Positions 13,267 through 24,100 of a DNA stretch of 64,000 nt are shown one piece after another. The notes beneath the pieces are model-generated. The model did no database searches. It saw nothing but the letters and a program-made list of their open reading frames with translations, and was not told where the DNA came from. Position numbers and translations under genes: made by a program. Position 1 is the first letter of the stretch, and every line of letters begins with the position of its first letter. This stretch comes from Callorhinchus milii (lineage: Eukaryota): positions 84,942,001 through 85,006,000 of the forward strand of contig NW_024704742.1 in the NCBI RefSeq assembly GCF_018977255.1. The letters are read 5' to 3'.

Positions 13267-14075
13267 TAATTGTTATAGTGGAGTCACGGAGTACCATGTT
13301 GACTGGTCGGCCTTCTGTGCTTTAAAAAAAAGGGTGATTTCCAGGATATCAGGTGACTTTCGGGGCTGGACATATGCATAGGAAGCCACATTTAAGTTGC
13401 TTCCTGATGCTAAGGGGCTGAATTGCCCTGTGCTTGCTGGAGTCTATTTACCCTCGTGAACTGGTCTATGGCACAAGACAAAACATAGCTGCACGGCTGA
13501 CTTTAGCAACCCTGTATCTAGGAATTCCTAGCCAAGCAATGATTTTATATGATCTTGTAGTGGATTGCTATAATGTGGATTATTACCGTGCCATGACTTT
13601 ATTTTCAATTTTAGTCAACAGGGTAGACTTTTGACACAAGCTAAAGGCACTTGAAGTAGGCTGGAACACAAGATAACCACAACATCTTCCAAACCTAGTT
13701 GTCTTAATTATTCTTTGCCTGATTCAATTAGTTTCACAACTACTCTGGAACTGAATTAATTACTTTAGCATAAAAAATGGCAGTTTATTCCTACCCGAAC
13801 GTACGCTTTTACCTCTGACGTGACAAGCTTTGTAGTTATATTACTCAAGACTGACAGACTCAAAATTTAAAAAATATAAAATTTATCGGCAGAATATTGC
13901 AAGTTAAATTCTAGTTTGAGCAAGTGAGAAATTTGGAGAAAATATTTTCCATTTGATTAAATAGATATTTAGTACTTTATTTTGTTAAAACACTGTACTA
14001 TAAACATGCAGGCTTGGTTCACATATTATAATCACATGAACAGTTAGAAAAACTTCACCAAAACAACCTGCATAC

Positions 14076-14245
14076 CTGATTTTTCCCTTTTAACATCAAC
14101 AGGTTAGTGACTTTGCCGAAAGGTAAACCTAGTGAGAGGACCTCAGTTTCTGAGACTTCATTTGGAATCTTGCGAATATGAAGAACACGAGAGGGAGAGC
14201 TTGGAGACCAGTCTCCTTTAAACTTTTTGGTATCGTTTCCATTAG
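14076..14245 (-). CDS. PTBP3: PTBP3 exon 4, 170 nt ([12 protein letters not shown]...[39 protein letters not shown]), start of RRM1
   Basis: U-rich tract ttcttaag|CTAATGG...AATCAG|gtatgc. Contains the KKFK half of the bipartite NLS and the RRM1 RNP2 VLHIRKIP; phase 1 to phase 0. Confidence 0.95.
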
Positions 14246-17200
14246 CTTAAGAATAAAAAAAAAGAAAGAAAATTAACATTACTTAGTTACAATGCATTTA
14301 CACAGAGCTTTTACACTGGTGGGTTTTTGGACAAAGTAAGGAACACACAAACATGTACCTGTATTATGTTTCCAGTCAACTATTCTTACAACAATTGCAT
14401 AGCACCCTGTAAACAGTTTTGAATTTTGAATTACCCAGCTCCATGAATTGCATTGGAACACAACAAAAACACTGTGTATGTATTATATATATATACACAA
14501 AAATACATTATATATATGTTTATATGTATAACAAATACATTTTCTCTCTAATTGTTTTCACATTGCCAGGATACTTTCAGTTACACAACTCAATTTTCCT
14601 TCTAACTTTGCCAATAAATATCAATTTTATTCACATTTTGGGAATAATAATTTGTGAGTGTATATGTTTGATGGAATAGAGGTAATCAGCAGATTCAATG
14701 TATCTTCCCAAAAGAAAGTTGCATTAAAGAAAATGTTGAGTGCATGCTAGGCAACTGTCCCGAATGTAGTAAATGCAAAGATTATTATAATGTGACCATT
14801 AGACATTGATGGATCAACAGAATAAACTAAGCTAAGAAAAAAAACAATTGTGCATCCCCATAGTTTATTAAGACAGAATAAAGAACTGAAAATTCAATAC
14901 TTTGCCAGATAATTTGCAACATTGGTTCTTTTTCTCCTTTGTCACAAAAAGATAACAATCCCTCAAGAAAAAAAACAATAAATTGGTCGCTTCAATCCAC
15001 GATTGTTCGTGGGACACTGCTGTGCGCAACTGGCTGCCGTATTTTGCTCACAAATATACAGTCAAATCACTTTACAGTCTATTCAGTGAAGCGCTTTGAT
15101 ACGTCTAGAAAAGAGCTATATAAAATGCAAGGATTATTATTAAAAGATCCATTGAATGACACCTGGCCATGTGTGCATATCACAGTTCAGATGTTTCCGC
15201 TTTTGGTTGCCACAGAGCGACAGTCCCACCTTCCCTCACCCTCCTTGCACTCTAACTGGTGGCCTGATTCAGCCCAGGCCGGTGCTTCCCAGTTTGAGAA
15301 CCTCTGATTTAGATCACAATTTTAGTCAATACAAATTTTGTCAAAGTAGAAAAACAAATGCTAATGTTACTGTAATCTTTGGCATGTTCTGTTCTGTTCT
15401 GGATTATGCCCGGAATGGCTGTATCAAAACCCAAATAACAATTAAAAGCTGAACAAGACTGTTTGGGAGAATAATGACCAGAAATATGAGCAATGGCGTC
15501 TCCTCCAGAGAGGGAAATATCTTAGCTCAACAAAGTAGCTCCACAGCAGCCAAATTGAAAACTGTAAATCATGTGAGCATTTGGGAGTAAAAACACACAT
15601 CTTAAATCTTATAACAATGACCTTTAGTACACCAACATACTGAGTCAGTGGACCAACAATTGAAGCATTTTCAAGTCTGTGATATGCCAACTTATCGAAC
15701 ATTGTACAGTGTGATCACTGTATTATTTTATGAAAGAAATGCAAGCGAGTCACACAATACAATATCACACTCAGAGGCCTGGGAGCCTATCATTTCATAT
15801 GGATGGAAATACCCCCAAAAAATCTTAAATTGATGCAATAATCACTTCTTAAGACACTCATAAAACAGATGCATGGACAACTCAGTCTACCTGACATCTA
15901 AAGAAATCGCGTATCTATTGGGAGCATATATAAAATTGTCAGCATCTACTGAAACAGTTTAAATTATTGGGCAATGCTAATGGCACTTTCTTAAAGAGTA
16001 AGTAGCCAGTATCTGATGAGAGGACACTGAGTAAAATAAAATGAAGGCCATTAAAGATGACAAATAGCAAATACGTAGAGGGTAATAAACCCCCTCCTCA
16101 CTCAACCAACTTTGAGCATAACAGCGATTTAAGAAACTCTCCTTGCCTCCCTGAGAACATGATTCACGGTTTAAAATGTATTCAAATTACTTAAGATCTA
16201 ACCAATCTGCCAAAATAGCAGAAGTGAAGGATTGTCTAATAAATCTTGTGCATGATTAGCAATACTGCATTGGGCCTTCATGGCAGCCCAAGCAGGAAAG
16301 CAGAAACTGCACTATGCTCAAAAAAGATTTGCCCCATAAAATAATGTATTTGACTACATAGAACTGTTAGCTTGTGGCTGGCAATCATTACCCAGAGTCC
16401 AACTGTTACAAAGTCTGAACCATTTAAGACTTACTAATTAAAGTCTATGTATAAGCAGCAGTGTAGGCTTTCTTGTGATAACTCCATTCTCGCCCTTTTC
16501 TCCAAAATAGGATCTTTTAACAAAGCACCAAGGAGTAGCTCTTTACAAACTGATATCGGGTGACTCAGTCACACATCCCTTTGCTGGAGAACAAATTTGC
16601 TTTAAGAATCTGTGGATTGGAAGAGTAGGAAACCAGCCAGGCTGGAGGTGGAATCGGTAGGCATTTGTTTTTTTGGAACCCATTACACCTCGGTGTCTAA
16701 TTTTTTTTTACATCCAAAGCACTGTGATTCGGGGGGGGGGGGGGAGAGAGGCGGTAAAATTGCCTTGCTCAGTGGATATGGAGTGTATGTGATCTCACGG
16801 ATAAAATCAAAATAGCCCTGCGAGAAGCCAGGCACCATGTTCCCCTCTGGTCCTAGCCATTGCAATTTGTTTGAACATTTTTTTTTGCAGTTTACCAAGG
16901 CAGCCAATTGCACACAGCAGCATCCCAGAAACAGTTGCAGATTGAGTGACCAATTTTTTTTTTTGGAAGAGATTATTACCCCCAGAGAGTGAATCGCCAG
17001 ACCAATTTTGCAAACCCTTGCTTAATAAATAATCTTTGTTCCCAATTACCACCAGTATGCAACAAAGCAAATATTAAGATATTTAAAATGTCTTCTGGTG
17101 ATGTTTTTAAAAAATCAGTTCATGTATAAACATCTTATAGGGCCCACACAACAATCATTTGCTGATCTACAAATGTTTCAGCAATGCCCCCAAATATAAG

Positions 17201-18961
17201 AACATTTTTGAAATCTCTGAAATCTTGATAATTATGTTCAACTCCAATTATTATTAAAATTACATTATTGTATGGGGTTTAAAATTCTCATTTCTTGTTA
17301 TTTGAACAAGCAAATTACAGGAAAGTGAATAAACGTATTGCAGTTTGATCAGGGCAATAAATAATATAAAAAGAAATAAATAAGTAAATAAGTTACTGTT
17401 TAAAAATACAGGTGTAAAATACACTTGCAAAGAAAGGCACTCTCCTATACCTCAATGGAGACATTTTTTTTTACAGATTGGCACCCCGCGGAGATCTGCT
17501 ATTTCACGTTTTCGGGCTAAATAAGAAACAACTCTGCTGACAATTTACTCCACGAGAAAATGAACTTGGTATCCAGGTTCATTGTTCCTTCATATGTTGC
17601 TCACTGTTGGATCCCATAATTGCAGTCGTGTGGGTAATTCCAATACACTATGAACTGGTAGATGGATGCAAATACTCCTTTATCTAAAGGAGTATTTGCA
17701 GATATTGCAGGTGTGTAGAAGCATGACATTTCACTTTTCACATAACAGGTGAGGCAATTTATGATTTTTACATATATATTTATTTATACATTATATATAT
17801 ACATATTTATTTATTATATATATAAATGAATAATTGATGACCAAACTGTTAGATAAATTCACTATTCTGAAAACATAGCTCAGCAGTTCTGATATCAATA
17901 ATGCTAGATAGATATTTATTTGAAGAAAAAAGATTTGGCATTTTGGCAGCCATCTTGCACATGGCAAACTCCCATATTTAGCAAAAAGAGTCACGATCAG
18001 TTATTGCGAGTATTTTTAGCCAAGACACTGGGAGAATATTTCCATTCTAGTGTAATGGGATCTTTTACATCCACCGGAACAGAGATATTTGAAGAGCTCA
18101 GAGTTTTAATGCCAACATTAACCATCGTTCATATTCAACTATCAGGTTTCAAAAGGTCTCAGCTACAATCCAAGTTAGACGTTTTAACAACATTTTTCAG
18201 AAATAATTCACCATAAAGAATTACTCTGCGATGCAAAGTGTGTTTTCTGTCAAGTGAAGCAAAATAGCACTGACTGCTACTGTGAAATCTGCAGTTTGCA
18301 TTCAGTATAGAATCATAAAGGTTGAAAAAGAAAATATTTGATTATTGAATGTCATACTAAAGAATTGGGTGTCACAATAAGCTGCCTTTTCATCTCTGAG
18401 ATTCAGGGTTTGAATTTAGATGGGACAGATAAACCGAAAAAAAATTGCAGTCTATTTGGGTAACTGCTTGCTAGGAAATCATCTCATTTAATATTTACTG
18501 CTGAATTAAGAAATCTTTTCTCCAATGAGTACAAGAAATTAGAGTAAATTAGCATTCGACAGGCTCAATCCAGAGCAAGAATCGAACAGCATTAATCTGC
18601 CTATTTAACACAAACTGACTTTAAATATGCTGGCTCACATCCAGAAAATTGCACGAATGGTTGATGTGGGAAATTAAACTGTCACTATGGTAACTTTGGA
18701 TACTAATTGCCTACAAATACATAGTCACTACACTTTACAGTAAATCCTGTGAAGCACTTGTTATTTTGATGCAATATAGAGGGCGATTTTATAAATCTAC
18801 ATAGACTTCTAACTTTCAGTTCATAACAATATTAATTTAGAGCCAGCACTGCTTTATAACAGATGGAATGTGCGGTGTAACATTACATCTGTTCATTTAT
18901 CACAGCTAGCCTGCATTCTTTCCATCTGGGGAATCACACAGTTATGGCTGACTTGACATAC

Positions 18962-19037
18962 CTGTAGCTGAAGTAGAATTGCTCATGGTAGAAGGGCCGT
19001 TAATGAAACCAGCAGAAAAAAGCTCGTCAGATCCCCG
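18962..19037 (-). CDS. PTBP3: PTBP3 exon 3, 76 nt (RGSDELFSAGFINGPSTMSNSTSAT)
   Basis: tttcag|CGGGGATCTGACGAG...GCTACAG|gtatgt. Contains the conserved (K)RGSDEL NLS/PKA motif; phase 0 to phase 1. Missed by the ORF track. Confidence 0.95.
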
Positions 19038-20624
19038 CTGAAAAACAAAAGACAGTCATAAATACCTGGCTACCTGCCAGCATGCAAATCTGAACTTATG
19101 CAATATTCAGGGCTGCATTAAAAGGTGCAATTGCTCCCTCAGCCCCCAAAAATATATACATCAATAGAGGTCAAGGCATGAAGTGCCCAGCGCTCTGCAG
19201 TTTGTTGGGACAATTGGTAATTACAAAAGTGAATGGAAAAATCCAAAACATCATTTTTAATAGACAATGGCATTTCTTCACTGGACTAAATTCTGTATTA
19301 GCACACAAATGTTCCCCCATTAAAGAGCTTCTGTAAAACATTCTTTAATAATATGCAAACCTGACAAAGTGCACTCTATTTCCCTGCAATGTTAATACCA
19401 GTTCCATCTTTCTTGGCAATTGCAGTCATAAAACCTAAAATGGATTCAGAAGTATCAAACTAGTTTACAATTGATAGGCCTTTGTTTTAAAAGTGATACA
19501 TTCAGCTTACAGAACATAGCTGGAGTGATTAGAGACATATTTACCATATTCACTTTTGATAAATCTAGTGTAGGAAGCTAAGTACAAGCCCAAACTAATA
19601 TTTTCATCCCTAGGGTCTCCCAGCTCTGCAAAGCAATCCCAGTAAAAAGCAAAAACTGAGACACTACCCTATGTGACGGGATGCTCTATAAATGCAAGTT
19701 GTTGTAAGCTACTGCAGAACATCAAAGTGATCTGAGGCAATAGAGTGACTCCATTAAACATAATGATTTGGATCTATAAACTATCCCCGTACTATAAGGA
19801 AGCAGGGCAACAAATGCCTCATGGATAGTGGTTCTGGAAACATCATGTGATCACTGAAATTGCTCCCTATGCTCACGCACAGCAATGAAGCGTCAGCAGT
19901 GCCAGAGATAAACAATGCTTCCATCATGAGTCCACAATTCACCTATATTTTTAGTGGCTGGTGATGTACCTCACCCAGAAAAGAAGCAAAACTGTAGTGG
20001 TACATGAAAGTAGTTAGGATGAATCTATTCAGGAATTCCCCACCCTCTTGCAAGACTCATTGACTGGGAACTCAATTTTTAAGAAAAACCCAGGGTATAA
20101 ATCCCTGTTCCTCTGTGAAACAACACACACTCCAGAGCAGGATGGCTGCATACACAACTGATTTCAAATTCAAGTTACTGTAGAATTGCAGAACAAATAA
20201 TAAAACAAATCACCATACTTTAGACTGCAGTTTCCCTGGGGTTCTTTTATGGGGCAATTATTTTCCTGTACACGAGTGCCATCAGCCCTCATTTGAAAAT
20301 CAAACCATTGAAAGAACTGATCAACATTCTTTAGTCACATCCTATGGATTTTTTGGAACAGTTTACTCAAATGACCAACTCCATGATGGGGGGGAAAGAA
20401 CTGGCTTACACCATCAGGTAAATAACTTCTCTGTATTGATGCAAATTCAAATCTCTCAACCTCAGTAACTCCTCCTGGCCAGTTATCATATGATGCCCTC
20501 AATAATGTGTTACTTAATGAAATCAGAAATTTTTCATCATTTATATTTTTCATCAATGCAAATACTGTTAGTTTTTAAACACACAAGATAATATGCAATG
20601 ATGACCCTTACAAATCTGAAACAT

Positions 20625-21170
20625 TCCAGGTTTGATCCCTGAATTCTGCTGAGTTAACTAACGGACCCCAAACAGAATGGAACATAGTAATTGACCTCAG
20701 CTTTGTTGAGCTGAGGTCAATTACTAGATCAGTTATTCACATGTCCATTTATCCACACAGACCTCAGAAAACATTGGACATGGGGCTTGTAAGTTACCAC
20801 CAAAAATACAATTTGCGTGTGCAAAGTTATACACAAGGTTCCTAGGCATGCGCTGATCAGCTACAGATTACAAACAACCTTGCCGAAGTGCATACATGTG
20901 CAAACCAACAGTGTTTTTTTCCCCACGGTTACCTTATGTTTAGAGTTGGTGATGGTCAGTGTGAGAATGGATGGCACGGTGTGGTGTCCTTAGTGTCAGT
21001 ATAATTCTTAATTTAGTACAGATAATCTGCACTCTATTATAGTCACAAATGGATGTTATGAAGACAGGTCAGGCTCAGACAAATGTTCCATAGTAGTGAA
21101 ATATCTACTAGTGCTTGGTGAGTATTTAATTCACTTGGTGAGGCACTGGATGACAGCCAGTATCTATGAA
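20625..21170 (+). mobile_element. Interrupted ancient LF-SINE-like element; a second fragment lies at 3530-3610 (-)
   Basis: CCAGGTTTGATCCCTG..TCTGCTGAGTTA..AATTGACCTCAGC and CACTTGGTGAGGCACTGG resemble the LF-SINE consensus as recalled; not database-verified. Confidence 0.4.
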
Positions 21171-24100
21171 AGCCCTCTCGTTTGAATCAGTGTAATCATA
21201 AGGCAAGTATGAGGGAGTAAACAAAGAAAAGGGTTAGAGAAATTTAACTTGCTATGACTACCATGTTTGCTAAGCTGTATAATGTAAACAAATAAAGCAA
21301 TAATCAAAAAAAGACAGCCATGTGGTAAATGACAAATTCAACTGCAGAATAGCAATCCATGAGAAATTTTCTTCCATTTTCAAATAGCGTTATGGGAAAT
21401 TCAAAGTACACCCGATGACCGGCATATGGGACCTTAGTTTAAAGTCTCATCCAAAGGACCCGTCAGACAATGCACCACTATCCAAGCACTGCACTTGGAT
21501 AGTGGGGCATTGTCTGAAGGTCCTTTGGATGAGATTCAGCCTGGAGCTCAAGTTCTGATGTACAGATTGAACCTACAATCTTCCGACCCATGGGTGAATG
21601 TTACTAACTGAGACAGGCTGGCAGTTGCTTTTGTACTATAGCTAAAAGCATTACTGAGGCGCTCATTTCTCCAGATGGCCCCTCCAGCAATGCACATTTT
21701 GCTATCGAGTCAGTGCCAGGAGGAAGCCTCACCTACGTTAAATGTGTAGTAAGCAACCAGCTTTTTATTTCAAACCTAAGAACAAGAAAGTGCAAGTCTT
21801 GGAATACCACAAGCTATATATAAATATTAATGTGAATTTAGCAGCCCACAGTTGGAACTAAAGTGATTATAAGCAGCAAAGGTGTTTCCTCTAACTTCCA
21901 ACAGAGTGAGAATTTCTAAAGTGGGTAAAGAAAACACACAAGTTAAAACGTTAGTGAAATTAACATCTTATACTAATGAAGCTATATTTCAGGCATCTCT
22001 TCTATATTGCGTAGGTTTTTCTTGTAATCGAATTTCAGAATGTCCAAATTATGGAAATCCTCCAAATTCTAAGTAAATTTCAAATTGAAATAAACACTAG
22101 CAAAAGCAACACAAAAAATGCCTGCTGCACTGTTCTTGGATGTGGCTCAGTATATTCGTGGAGCACAAACTACCATGGCACCCCGATTAGTTGCTAAACA
22201 CCTAAACATTTCCATATTCTTGCTTTACTTGTAAATTCTTGTAAATACAGAACAGTCAAAAAACATTTGATATGTTTGTGTACATTATAAGCCTCAATTG
22301 ACTACATGTCAAATAGCAGTAACACCCAGAGGGTATTCGGTTTGCATTTTATACGGAAAGCACACTTCAGCTCTCAATGTCATCTAAAGTCCTGCACCCA
22401 TCGCTGCTCAAACGTCACAATTTTGCTGTCATTGACAAACAGCATGCATCTGAGACCAAAATAAATGCAACAAGTACTGACATTGGGATTAACAGAAATT
22501 ACACAACCAGAGATCATATTGTGTATGCATTATGCATGTGTTTTTCAAAAACAATTTCAGACACTGAATTAGTTCAGTCGCTATTCGAATCCATCCAAGC
22601 CTACGGTACAGCACTCCTCATGTGCCATTTTTAAAAAGAATATTTCCCAATTAATCCAACCTCTCTTTCTCAGACAAAATAAAACACAACACCTTGTACA
22701 TCTTGCATTTTTTTAAGTTTAAGTTTTGAATGCAGCTGTTTTCCTGTGCTATTCCAATTGCTTTATGGCTAATTGATTTAAACCAGCCAGCCATATTGTA
22801 ACTCAAAACAGAATATATTACCTGCAACATTTCACAACAGCATTCAATAACATACCAGTCTTCCTGAAAGGAGATATTAGTAGACAAACCCCTTCTAATT
22901 AGAAAATTTAAAGAGATGAAAGCAGTTTTAAACCAAAGACAAACGAAGAGATAGAGAAGTAAAGCTTTGAACAGAGACAAGCTGACAGAAATAGAAAGCT
23001 CCGCATTATGGAACAAACAAATTAACCTCACTTGCTGGGATAGTCACTTGATCCTGTGGCTGAAAGGGCGCTAACATCATGGATGAAACACCTCAACAGG
23101 TTGGCTGGCGGTCACCCTGGAAACACAGCTTTCCAGCAGCCTGCAACAGCTGTGGTTTGGGTTGTGCGGCCCCAGTCCAGCTCCAAGGCTCATTGTTTTG
23201 CACATCAATTATTAAGAGTCGCTCGCTCGCTTGGCAGCAGTGAGGAGACACCAAAGCATTCAACCCCATGCTTTCAGTAGCCATTTCTCATATTAAGATT
23301 AACTTTGATCCAACAAAGTAGATCACTTCGTTACTTGTTTGATGTGGCTCTTCACTTAATGCATTCCTTTTCCAACTGCCCAGTAATTGAGACAAGGTAC
23401 ATTATTGTACACAACCAGTTAAGTGCATCATAAAAATATAAATCATATAGATGGATTTCAATACATAGCTTCCCACCCCCACCCCCAAAGACTAGACAAT
23501 TACTGTGTTTTGCAAGATTACCAAGCACTAGAGCGATATACAAAGTAGTTAGTAACCATTTACCAAATGCAGACCTAACATATTACAATGATATTTTCAG
23601 CCTACAAAAAATTAAACTGAATAGACATCCTCCGCAAGTGAGGGACCAAATGAGGAATATTAACCTATCTGTCTCTGTATATTATCAGTCTCGTGTAATC
23701 CAATTGAGTTTTTTTAAAAAAGAGCAGTTTAACGGATTCATCACATCCGAACCTCAACACCTGCAATACTTGGATTATTACCTAAAGTGTAATATTTATC
23801 TTCTGAGGTCTCACAAGATGAACAGATGAACAAAATCGGCTATAGTATTTCCCCCCACACAATTACACATTAGGTGTCAGCCTGGCTCAGTTGATAGTTC
23901 TCTCGCCTTTGGGTCAGTAGATTGTAGGTTTTGAGCTCCTAATCTAGCTGATACTAAATTCAGGACTTGGTTACCAAATGGTTACCAACTACTAACTAAT
24001 TCAAAACTTCTCTTAACATATATACTGTAGTTCACAATATTACCACCAGACACTACTCCAGTTTGGATGGGAAAAATGGATAATTGGTTGTCAAATAAGA

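Noticed and set aside
18953..18961. Alternative +9 donor of exon 3 (CAA|GTCAGC)
   Set aside because: Frame-preserving but a weak donor compared with CAG|GTATGT; no support from the sequence alone.
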